A stretch of 64,000 nucleotides of DNA. Source: Chlorokybus atmophyticus. Its lineage: Eukaryota > Plantae > Mesostigma and Chlorokybus algae. Made by a program: the position numbers and the translations under genes. The notes below the pieces were generated by a model, which searched no databases, had not been told where the DNA came from, and was given only the letters and a program-made list of their open reading frames with translations. Where the stretch lies: the NCBI GenBank assembly GCA_009103225.1, contig RHPI01002368.1, positions 401,397-465,396 on the forward strand, given 5' to 3'. Positions 30,201 to 42,279 of this stretch are shown here, in pieces (position 1 is the stretch's first letter; each line of letters starts with the position of its first letter).

Positions 30201-33200
30201 ATCCGCAACAGTCTGCAATGATGATGATGATGTGTTTGTGTGCGTGCGTGTTGCAGGCACCAATAGCATGGGCCCAATGTACAGCAAGCCACTATGCACT
30301 CACCTGTAACACACGTCGCTTGAAGTCGATGTCTTCAATGCCCCATTGATCCAACACTGCGTCCAGAGACATCGGGATGGTGTTGTCGCCGTTGATGGGG
30401 CTGTGGTTTGGACCCACGCCGCACAACATCTTCGTCACAACCGGCTCGCCCCACATCGAACGCACCACCATCACACGCAAACGGAAACCCAGCGACACGG
30501 AGGGGGGAGGCGCTCTACCAACAAGACGACAACGAGAATGAGATCGTATCATATTACTGCTGTTATAGAGATGTAAGCTATAAAGACCATGAAGTAAGAC
30601 ATGTACGGTATTCACCAGTTCACGCTAACACCAGACTCAAGTCACGAGAGTCACATCCAAGCATGCTGTTGTGCACACAACGAATCATTGTCTTATTGTG
30701 TACATACCGCGAGTTAGCACGCATATCCACAGGGAAGTCCGACTCCTCCTCTCCCACCTCGAGCGCAAGCGACGTGAGAATCTTGCTCGCAGCGTCTTCT
30801 TCTGCAGTTGAAACAGAGTGGTTGATGGCGGCGTGTAGGCCGACCTCGCGCGCGGGCATGACGAGATGTGAAGACATAGTTGGTAAGAACTCCTCGACAA
30901 GGATGGCGTCGCCCTCCCAAAGCTTGACGAGGAGAGACTCGACGGCGCCCACGGCGCCAGAGATGTCCTCACGCTTCCAGAATGACACGCCGTTGCTGCC
31001 CATCCACATTGGACCGGAAGGCTTCACCACGATCTGCTGAGAGTGGATGCGCTTGGTCAAACGCTTCAGGGCTGCCTCAAATAATGGCCTGCGTGGGGCG
31101 CGTGTGTAAGTGTTTATCACATCGCAGAAGTTGGAACATGCCATGCGTTGCAGGAGCACCCAACAAGCACAACCACACAGTGAATCAATGCCATTCCTTG
31201 ACGACACACAGTATAGTCCACCGCTTGACGCATGCATGGACAGCTGTACGCATCAATGCATAAACTCTCCGTCGTTCACTTCATCAACCATCATGCCAGC
31301 AGACTATCTCACTACCTCACCAGTCATATGGTAGTCTACTGATAGCATATATAGTCCTCTGATACGCATATGCACGCACGCATGCACGCACGCGCGCGCG
31401 TCAGCACTTGGACGCACAAGCAGGTGCAAGCACGCACGCACGCACATGCACCATTACACGTATGTGCAGGCGCATGACTGCAGGTACCTACTCATGAGCT
31501 CATACACGAAGGTAATGTGCACATACCTATGGCCATCAGCTTCTGCGAGGTGGTGCACCCATACGCCTGACGTGCCCGTGGCGTTGTAGCGTTCGCGCCA
31601 GGCGCACTTGTACGTGAAGGCGACACATGTGGGGTGGGCGACGCGTGCACGGGAGAGGAGCAGACGGGTGTGCAGCTTGTCGTTGGTCACGTGCTCCAGT
31701 GATGAGCTGCTCGACATGGGCGTGTTGATGCCCTCCTCCAACCACACGCCGTCGCTTCTCTCGCCCTCTGTGGCTGGCGCCGTCAAGAAGTTGGCAAAGT
31801 ATGTCACACGCCTGAAATGTAAGAGGCACACATCAACACACCACAACATAAAGCCGTTTTTGTGCCTTCAGGTTTTTTGTCTCAAAGACTCTACATTCTG
31901 ATAGGCAACTTAACCGCTCTGTATGCCACCCACTATGTGACCGCGGTATACCGAGTGCATGTGTAATGGAGACCTCAAGAGAACATGCTGTGCTCAACAT
32001 ATCACATCAAGTACTTGCCTTGGAGGTTCAAACTCTTCAAGGTAGCACTGCCCTGAGGCATCAAACCAGATGCCCTTCTTGACATAGAGTGCATGTGTGG
32101 CCTCCCCTTGCACCAGTGAAGGATCCTGCATTCACGCGTATCCACATTCACACACACGCACACATGCACACCCAACCACCCAACAGTGTACACATCAGTA
32201 TAGAAGTCTACTACTCACAAGTGGGGCTTTGTGCAGCCAGGCAGGGTTGGGCACGACAAGTACGTTGCCGGGAGACTGTCGGCCTCCCTCGAGCGCGAGA
32301 CTCATGCGATAGTCTGGTTCAGAGAGCAACACGACACATGTTGTGTTGGGCGCGACGTGTCGCGGGGGCTTGATGGCGCCATGGGTGTCGCCCGTGCCAT
32401 CGCCGGCGGTGAGGTCGATGAGAGGGCGCAGGCCCACATCGAACAACACGTTGCGCAGGTTGGTGAGGGAGATGGCCTCGCGCTCGCTTGGGGTGGGCTC
32501 CTTCACGGGAGGGGTGTCGGGGGGCAAAGGCAACCTGCAATGCAAGCATGTGGCTCTTGAGGACATTGCTCATGTGGAGGCTACTGTGTGATCATAAGGT
32601 AGTGTACGCAGGATTGTGATGAGTACCTTTGGACCCCATACCTGACCAGCCAATTGCACACACATGCGCACGGGCGTGCATGTACACGCACACACATACA
32701 AATGTATGTGTGTTGCCTACAATTACCTGAATGAGAGCTTGCGTGCTATGGGTGAGGGTTGCTCCGAGGGCCCGAACGCAGCCCCGTCGTGTGCCCCAAA
32801 GTCCGCCAACACCACGGCTAAGGCTGCCGCCACGCGCTGGGAGTAACCCGGCTCGGTGTTGGGTTTGAAGCGGTGGGTGAAGGCGGAGGCCAGTATGTTG
32901 GCCATCACGAACTCCGAGTTGGCAAAGTGGCGCTGCAACGCGCCCGTGCAGTAGATCACGGCACCGTCGCCCATCAGACACACACTGTGGCCAAACACCC
33001 CCTGCGAAGCTCTCTCCACACTGCAATCCACAACACACACCAAACACATTTCACGTTAATGACACGTGAAACGTTGTGCACTAAGTCGTTTGTAAGTAAT
33101 GCATACGGAACATGCCCGACGCACGTGCGCATGCAAATGTGCGTGTGTGCGCACGCTTGTGTATGCAAATGTGCACGCTAGCATACGCACAGGCAGGCAC

Positions 33201-35768
33201 ATGCAAGGTTCACATTAGCAATAACACACCTTTCCGCGAGCCAGTGTGGGGGCGGGTCGTTGGCCCACCCGCCCACAATGTCTTGCGGCTCGAACCTCAC
33301 GGCGCAGTTGTAGGGCGGGTCGGATTCGAGGGCTTCTGCAAAGGCAGCGCACCCTGATGCTGCGTTGATTGTGGGGGGCAGGCGCAGGTTCAGGCGCAGC
33401 GCCGTGTCGGCCACAGATGGACCCTGCAAATGGAGAGATAGCGTGTCAGCCATAGGAGGTGTGTCATCAGCTCAACATGTACCAGCACGACACTTACTGC
33501 TTTACACCTGTGCAAAGGTTAAGGTTTTGGTGGACAATGAGCACTAGTTCAGATATGAACTAGGCACAGACCGTGACTGTATCATCTGAAGTTTCAGCAA
33601 TTGCTTTGCATGTAAGGTATGCGCACATGTTTGTGAATATGCGTGCACGCACATGCACATGTACACGACAGAACATTGATGAGACCCTACTCACTTGGAT
33701 TGCGCCTGTGACGGAGAGTGTGGGTCGCCATGTGTTGTTGAGAACCAGTTCAGACAAGTCATGGTCAGCGACGGTGGTGTCATCCGGGTTCACGAAGGGG
33801 AAGCGGGCCCAGACGGCCTCCCCGAGGACCGACACCGTGGCCGAGACCTGGTTGATGGCGTCGTCGGGAATGTCGCAGTACAGCTCCTTGAGCGTCAACC
33901 TACCCGTCTGCTCCGACTCGATCCGGGAGAGTATAGCGCGAGCCACACGGAAGGAGTCGGGGACTATGCCTCCCACCTCTCCACTATGAGCTGCCTCCTC
34001 CATCACCTAAGCAAAAAGTAAACCACATTTTAGCCTGTCATGCCAAACCGGTGCAACCTCACTTGTTAATCAAGGTTCAGGTAACTGACTATGTACCTGG
34101 ACTGTAAGTATGCCGGCAATCAAACCGCGCATGCTGGATGTCAAGCAGAAGCGCTCGCTATCAGCTGGGCCACTGTGAAGAAAAAGAAGCATAGTTCAAG
34201 TTGTTGCATTGTGTTATTTGCATTGCTACATGCATGGCGATAAGCTTTAAGGGCTTACTTGTTGAGTGCAAAGACTGCTGCGGGGTCGCCAATGCGCTCC
34301 GTGAGGTAGTCCAGGCACTCTGTTGGACAATTTTAAACTTCTGAGAATCTTACCCCAGCATGTTGCGTGGTGCATGATGTGTCTTACATAAGAGGGGGTA
34401 CTTACTCTGATCGGGTGTGAAGTTGGGTGTGTCAGCGCAGTCAATGCACAGAAGAATCTCCCCGTGAGGCTTCCCGCTCGCCTTCAACGACACCACTGCG
34501 CAGTTGCAGGATCAGGACATGCGCAGACAAGGATATGCACTCACACATGTACATACATGCACAAGCACACGCACACCCAACCACATGCGTGCGTGCGTTT
34601 TGAGCATCCTACTTGTGGTGAGGAAGGTGAGGAGGCAGGCGCGCTCAAACTGACTCCACTCGGGAGTCTCAGCAGCCTTCTTCCCGTTCTCCATGGCGTG
34701 GCTGGTCCCGTTCATGCCGACTGTATCCACAACCTGGCGCGAGTACTGAGGCGTGTACATGAGGCTCGCTTTGCCATCCTCCGCAGTGGCGGGGAAGTCC
34801 ACTATCAAGAGAACTGTCTTGCCTGGCTTCACCACCTGTGAACACTTGCTTATGTACTGGTGTCACGAGCCAAAGAAACTGGATACCACTAACAATATGA
34901 CAACAACATCACACCTCCACTTTTATGGTGTTGGCATGTTTCGGCAGCTGCTTGTTGATCCATTGCTGCAAGGCATCACCAAAGGCCTTTACACCAGCCT
35001 GCATGCAACGCACCACAAACATACAGTGTGAGTCAATGCCCAGGTAACAGCACGATTCATAGGCACAATGAACTTTGATGATGATGATGAAGTTGGGTCG
35101 CAGAAGCCATGCAACTGTGTTGTTGATGCACACGCACTACTGTCCAAAGCACCAACTGTATATGACATTGAAGCTACGACCATTACAAGCTACAACCACT
35201 TCAGGGCTGAGTCTCATTGTATGCATGTACACATGTGTGTGTGCGCGCATGCGTGTGTGTGAGTGCACGTGCATGCGTGTATGTAACAAGTCCACTGCAG
35301 TCTCACCTGTGTGGTGGTGGTGGTGGGTNNNNNNNNNNNNNNNNNNNNNNNNNNNNNNNNNNNNNNNNNNNNNNNNNNNNNNNNNNNNNNNNNNNNNNNN
35401 NNNNNNNNNNNNNNNNNNNNNNNNNNNNNNNNNNNNNNNNNNNNNNNNNNNNNNNNNNNNNNNNNNNNNNNNNNNNNNNNNNNNNNNNNNNNNNNNNNNN
35501 NNNNNNNNNNNNNNNNNNNNNNNNNNNNNNNNNNNNNNNNNNNNNNNNNNNNNNNNNNNNNNNNNNNNNNNNNNNNNNNGGGGGGGGGGGTGAAAAATAC
35601 GTGTGTGCGTGTAAGTGTGCACATGTGTGTGGGGATTCCAAGTCCTCGACTGCATTTGAGTCTCACCTCACTGGTGGTGTTGAATTTTGACAGCAGGCCT
35701 TCGGAGTTAAGTGCATTCCATGCACGTGACGCCGCAGCACTCACAGCCTCCATCTCAATGCGGACCAT
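27276..35768 (-). CDS. CARNS1: Fusion protein: N-terminal degenerate M20 dipeptidase-fold domain + carnosine synthase 1-like double ATP-grasp ligase
   Basis: C-terminal ATP-grasp: TVLVVGG|GYSK.., GCLTFWEDC, PAVLKLEYGSSAAGV, LMEYVEGSEHDVD, ILAAFVTDNGPTRLPLFCETAAAMP, CCTGIGLKNGVFNVEFKLTAFGPKLLEINARMGGFYIRDW (CARNS1 motifs). N-terminal M20-like: ERIGDPAAVFALN|GPADSERFCLTSSMRG..AHSGEVGGIVPDSFRVARAILSRIE..NTWRPTLSVTGA..LRLPPT..SDPPYNCAV. Joined in frame by intron 32535-32726. The 5' exons near the N gap are uncertain. Confidence 0.85.
35329..35579. other. Assembly gap (N run) in an intron near the 5' end of the M20-CARNS1 gene
   Basis: Continuous Ns. Confidence 0.99.
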
Positions 35769-36969
35769 ATCTCTCTCTGTCTCTCAAACTGGTTCTAATT
35801 TCCGATCGATGCTAGTTTAGGTTGGCGATCTGGTTCAGGCACTGACACTGTGGGAAGGCAGGGCAAAGGGGTGAGAAAGAGTGACGGTACTGGACACTGT
35901 CCACAGTGGTTTGCTTTGTGTTTGCAGCATGTGTGTCGTGTGGATTGTCTTGTAAGTAACGTAAGCGTCATCGATTCGTTGTTACAGCATTACCAATGCC
36001 TCTGATCGCTGATCCAAGCTGGACTCAAAGCATGCTAGCATGCAACCACACTGAGGGAGTGCTGATCTGACTGTCCACCAGCTTGTGCAACACTCAAACA
36101 CACCGCTGGTACTTGTTTACTTTGCCAGATCGCTCACCTCAAAGCACAAGCAGCCTTTGATAAAACTGCAAATCCCACAACAAATGAAGTAATTAAGCAA
36201 GCACATGGGCACACTATCACCTTGGGGAGGGGGGAGGAAAGCTGTTGGGGCAGCAGTAGTGGCGTTGTGCTCAACTGTCAGGCGGCCCGCAGCGATCCAT
36301 CAACTACAATGTGACCCTGAAATCTCACCACAACGCATGCACGCAGCCCAACCCCTGGCCTCACGACAGCGCTCCCCCGGTCTGGTCTGGTCTGGTCTGG
36401 TCCTGGCCTGGTTGTTTAGCCTGTGTTCGTTAGCTACGGAAATAAACTTTGTTTGCAATACATACAACTCCAAATGAACGGAATATGTACACGGTTAAGT
36501 TTCCAGTTGATCGCCGTGTTTCCGCGTACGGAGGTAACCTTTCTTCCTTACAGACCGCCAAAGCCGTTGGATGCCAACCACAAGCATAATGGCACCGTTC
36601 GATTGCCCGCGTCGATCTAGGTCCAACACATGCGAAGAAAGTCTGGCACGCGGCGGTTATTCTTCTGTGCGGCTTGTGCCCTCTTGTGCGCAAGTAGCCT
36701 CAATAGCGATATTCTACCAAGAAGCATACAGCAAGCTTGCACTGGATGCATGATCAATAAGCAGACCTTCATCTCAATGTCGATTCAGTCACTGCCACGT
36801 CAGTGAATCAATCGTCAGAGATGAACAGTAAGATTCGGATTAGGGTTTACACTGGAAATGGTATAGGGACCTGCCAGCAAGCAGGCGGCAGCGGCGGCCG
36901 AGGAGGAGGAGGAGGTAGAGGAGGAGGTAGAGGAGGCGGAGAGTGAGGAGGTTTGGAGGTGGAGTGGCT

Positions 36970-39900
36970 ATGTCGTTTATTACATGGACTGCTGGTTTGG
37001 TGGGCGGGGTATTCGGGGGCGTGTTGACATGGGTGCTGCGAGTGCTGCTGCTGGTGGTAGGGGGGGCTGTGGGGCTGTACCTGTCGCTTCAATATGAGCA
37101 CAAGCATAAGCCGCCGCCGCCCAGCTATGAGCGCCTGGACCTCGCTGAGCCCGTTGCCCAGCTCGCCAATGGCCCCATTCGCGCTGAAGCACTGCGCAAG
37201 AAGCTCCCCTCATGGGTTCAGTACCCAGACTTCCAGCGTGTGCACTGGGTTGACAGGGTTGTGCTTGAGCTGTGGCCTTACATTGACGCCGCCGTAACCA
37301 AGATGGTCAAGGTCAGCATGCATGTCACATGCAACACTTGACAGCATTGCATTGTTTAAAGCAATGTGAGAAATGGCTCTTGCAGCCTGCGCCTGAGCAC
37401 CAAGTCGGGTCATTGTCACTTCTTGCATGTGTCTAGTTAGTTGGTTTGGAATTGATAATGAGGACGGTCACGCTCTGCTGGTAAACGCCATACAACAGAA
37501 GAAAGTTGTTGCTTACTTGGACACAAACGCACTTCAGCAGTGGGCCATTCCGGAATGATCAACAGCATGGTCATGTGTGTGCAGGACATGGTCCCAGATA
37601 TGATCAAGCAGAACATTCCCGCAGCAGCTTACAAGGTTTGAGCAACATGCACGTATAGTGTAAAACATACAGACATGTGTGAATCCCCTTTTTAGCTGTC
37701 AGTGACAGCTTGTGGCTTATCACAGGTGATAGAGGGTGTGAACCTTACTGACGTCACGTTGGGCGCTGCACCACCTTTGTTCGGTGGCATCAAGACTTAT
37801 GACACATCTGACGAAGAGGTATACAACACCAACACCAACACTAACACCGCCATTTCTTGCCTGCAGATGTGGCAGTATGCATGGCCAATTGCATACATGC
37901 AGCAAATATTCCGTCACATTGCTGATTCTTGCTTTCAACAGGTGGTGTTGGAAGTAGATATCATTTGGGTTGCAGCTGCCCGAGCAGCAGTGGGAGTGAC
38001 TTTTGTTAGGAACTATGGGGTGTTTCCTATCGAGGTAACAATTGTGCTGCATGCAATTCAACCATGATGGCGAGCTATGTGCATCTTGTTAATGGATGGA
38101 CTGTTAATGCCTTACATGTCGCAGGTTTCCGACATTGCGATTCGCTCCACTTTGCGCATCAACTTGCGCCCGCTTATACCTGTTTTGCCCTGCTTCGGCA
38201 AGATAATGGCATGCCTTGTCAAGGTAAGTGAAAGCAAACAGAGTTGTATGCTTGCTATTTGTAGGGATTACATTAGCATTGGTTGGTTACTGCACAGACA
38301 CACAGTTTGCATTGACGGCGTTGTCAATCATACTCCTTGCGAAAGTGGTCACTTGCATGCAATTGCATACAAGTGCATAACCACGAGCATGCACGACTGC
38401 AGTATGCATCATGCATTCGTGACTTGTGCACAACCCCTCAAGTTTGTGCAGTATGCGGGGTTGTCACTCATAGTAACATGATAAATATAAGGGAAGCATA
38501 AAAAGGTATAACGTATGGCAGTGTTGAAAGAGTGCACTTTTTCGCTTGTTGCAGAGGCCGTCAATAGACTTTGCGCTGAAGCTTGGCAGCATTGATTTGA
38601 TGGCGATTCCCGGTGTTCACCACTCTGTGGCGTTCCTGGCGGGTTTCTTTGCGGAGTATTTCGCTGGATGGCCCAAGTGGGCCGCGGAGGTGCCTGTTGT
38701 TGAGGGCGATTATGTTGCCATGCGGCGAGCCGTTCTGCCCAAAGGCAAACTGCTTGTGCACTTGGTGAGAGACTCTTGTTGCAGTTCGTGCACGTGTGTG
38801 CGTTGTGCGTGTGCTGAGATTTCCTTACGCATGGCCAGGCAAACTTGCGTGGCTTAGTTTGTTGACAGGTTATTCAGCAGCATGTACTGCAGGCTTTGTG
38901 TGCTGCACGATTTTATTTTCTTTCACGGTTATAAAGTCACTCAGTTATCATGCATGGCAACCATTATGTTGGTTGTGTAGATGCACTACGGTTTGATTGG
39001 GTCATCTGTGTCATGGTCAAGCTGCAGTTTGTCAGGTGTCATGCATTGTGTTCACATGTGCTATGTGTGGTGTTGCAGGTTGAGGCCAAGAGTCTGCGCA
39101 ATGTGGACACGTTTGGAAAGTCTGATCCATTTGTGGAGATGCATGTCAACAAGGGGCGCTTTGTGCGGTCTGTCAAGCGCGACAACACGCTCTCTCCAGT
39201 GTGGGGCGCCAACTACACCTTTGGCGTCAACAATCCTGGTACTGATCGCCTGCACCTGCGAGTCCTCGACTGGGACCAGGCAAGTGTTATGTGCGCATGT
39301 ACATGTACATGCACGCACGCATGCATGCGCACACATGCATATATGTGCTTGTGTGCAATTGTGTGTGTTGCGTTTGTCTCGTGTATGTTGTACTTGTCAC
39401 CCAGCACTGAGCACGTTGGTGTGTAGGTTGGCAAGCACGATAAGCTGGGGCTGGGCTATGTCACAATATCAAAGCTGAAGCCAAATGTCGCGAGTGACAT
39501 GTGGCTGGACCTGAAGAAGAATGAGGACGATGATGATGCGGCCTCCCAAGGCAAGAAGCCGCGAGGGCAGCTGCACCTTGTTGTCACCTGGCAGCCTTTC
39601 TCGGTGCGTATGTACAACAATGTTGACGCAGCTGTTTTGCATTTGTGAAAGGGGGACGCCTGCACGCATTACAGACAGTTTCGTGATAGCCAAAACGAGG
39701 TTGTACAGACGCATGGGGTTACAACATGGAGCATATCACTTTCAGCAATCATGTGCAGCCTGTGTAGCAATGATACTAACATTCAATGGAAGCCACACTG
39801 TCACAAGACACTTGCTACAGACACATGAGACATTTAATGAAAACACATTCTTGCACTGTATGTTGCAAAGTTCACAGAGATTAGTCCGCACATCTGCGCA

Positions 39901-41260
39901 CACATACCTGTCTATTTTGTTTTGAAGAGTGGGCTGTAAAAGGTCGGCTGTCTCATAAACCCGCCACTGTCGCAGGATGACACTCTGGAGGACGACGCAC
40001 GCGCACTAGCGCAGGAGCTCGAGGAGGAGGATCGCCACCTCAACCATGACGACGATCCCATTTCAGGCACTGGGCCTGGTGCAGTTGGCGAGGCTCAGGG
40101 TGGTGTTGTGCAGGTAAGGAGCAAAATCTGTTGTACCTGGTGACTGGACCTCATGAACATGTGTGTTTGTTGGTTTATGTCATATCGGGATTGTGCAATC
40201 TTGCAGGCTGTCATACCTGGACCTGTTGGGGCTATCGCCGGTGGACTTGCCTCAAAGGTGCCATTTGTTGGCGAGTTTCTGGGAGGGTCAAAGCCGCCAC
40301 CACAGGGTAATGTTGCACTCATGCTGCATTGGTGTTATGCAATGCAAGTGACAGGTGTTGGTTTATGGATTGGGACACGCTTGGCGTGTACTTACGCCTG
40401 GGGATGTATCGTGCTTGCAGCAATGGGGGCTAATGTCGGCAGTCTGAAAATACAACTGCACAAAGCAGTCAACCTCGCCAATGGCGAGAAGGGCAAGTAA
40501 GTCATTTGACCCCATAATACTACACACGCTTGGCATTGCTTGTGGCCTTGTTATTAACAGCGTTGTGGGTGAAAGTGAGAGCCTCACCTGTCCATATGCT
40601 TGGTCTGTTGTGGCAGTAATCCTTATGTCAAGATGCGGATGCGTGCGGCTATGGCTGACAGCAAGAAATCAAAGGTGGTCCGTCATTCGGCCAATCCTGT
40701 CTGGGAGGAGCCATTTGAGTTCCCAGTGGTAAGCTTGCTAGCTCAATCGGATATTACGTGGCTCACATGTACACACGTGCGCGCATGTGCACGCTCACAT
40801 CTCAACTTCACACGTGGTTGGCTCACACTCTGTCACATGCATACCTGTCTGTGAGTGTGCAAATGCGCACGAGAGGGTGTACGTCTGCGTATGCGCGTGT
40901 GCACATATGCACATACCTGCACGTGTGTATGTAGGCGTATGGTTGGTTGCATAGTGTTCACATGTGTATATCCATACTCATGCATTCGACCTACCTTGAA
41001 ACATGGTATGTGTACGCGCTCACCATGCTTGCGATGCTGTGCAGGGTGATCCGGAGAGCGACGAGCTTCTCGTGGAGGTGTTCGACAAGGACCTGATCGG
41101 CAAGAAGTTTCTCGGGCGGATGACCATCACAGTGGCGGAGGTGCAGAAGCAGAATGGTGGCACGCTCGTGGGTCCATCCTCGGGCTACCCGCTGCTCGAG
41201 ACGCCCAACTCGGGAGGCGGGTCTATCTGCATGGACCTCAGCTGGATTCCTGGGGGGTGA
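36970..41260 (+). CDS. Synaptotagmin-like protein (TM + SMP + two C2 domains)
   Basis: N-terminal TM; LPSWVQYPDFQRVHWVDRVVLELWPYID..LGAAPPLFGGIK (SMP); VEAKSLRNVDTFGKSDPFV..DNTLSPVW..LRVLDWD (C2A); KIQLHKAVNL..NPYVK..NPVWEEPFEF..VEVFDKD..FLGR (C2B); TGA at 41260. Confidence 0.93.
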
Positions 41261-42279
41261 GGACTTTGTACCAGTGCAGATGAAGGTGTTGCTATGAGAG
41301 AGAGAGAGAGAGAGGAAAAGATCATGCAATACGCACCTTGCACCTATGCAAGCTGTACATACGAGCACTGTTTGGACGCAATTGTAGCTCATTGAGTTGA
41401 TCGCTTGGTTGGTTGGATGGCTGGGTGGTTCATTATGTTCATTTTGTACATATGGTTGGTGGGCACTGCTGTCGAGTGCTTGCACTGCGGCTGCTGGAGT
41501 AACCAGACCAAACCACTGTGTAATGTGTGCGGGGTGCTGTATCACACCTGTTCAAGGCATGCTTTCGTGTGCCCTTTATTGCTGGACACGCATACATGTG
41601 TGTGGTTAAGGGGTGTTGTAGTGCCAAGATGTTACCTCAGCACTGCCCTCATCTATGGCAACATTTATGAGGTCAACACGCGATGCAGCATTCATGAAGA
41701 ACAGAGTGCAGTGAGTTCTTTCTATGTGCAATGCGCTTGTAAATGATGGTTGAAGCAGAAATATGGTTGAAGGAGGGGCTTTACGCCAGCCACTACTCAT
41801 CATGACCCGAGCATAGCGGCTTGTCACAATAGCAATCAGGACAGTATCTCGTGTTCAAAATGCAAATTTTTTGGGCAAGGGAAATGCAACACACTTTTTG
41901 TGAGCGGGTTGGACTACTATTGACTGCAGTAAGAAACAGTATGAAAATGAACCCTTGTATGACATTACCATACCTGAATGGATGCTACTTCTGACCTCGA
42001 ACTCTCATAATCAGATGCTGTATGAGGTAATGCTGACATACCAAATCAATTTTATTGCATATCACAATCACCGCAACCATTCGTACACGGCACACGCATC
42101 TCAAAAACCAACAATCCAATTGTACAGGTCACACAAAGGGGAGGCAATTCATTGCTATGTACAACACCCCAGCTAAAAAAGAAACAAATAACAAAGCTAT
42201 CTTACCAACTGCGCGACAATGAGTCGCAGCGACAAATACAAAGCGCGAATCAAGTGTCAATAACCGATCGATCAACTCT

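Noticed and set aside
12360-36850. Telomere-like TTAGGG/TTTAGGG hits (12369, 12393, 23248, 36840)
   Set aside because: Single units only, so treated as telo-boxes and not telomeric arrays.
40490-40505. Possible GC donor in synaptotagmin (aagg|gcaagt)
   Set aside because: The adjacent GT donor (GGC AA|gtaagt) gives the correct phase.
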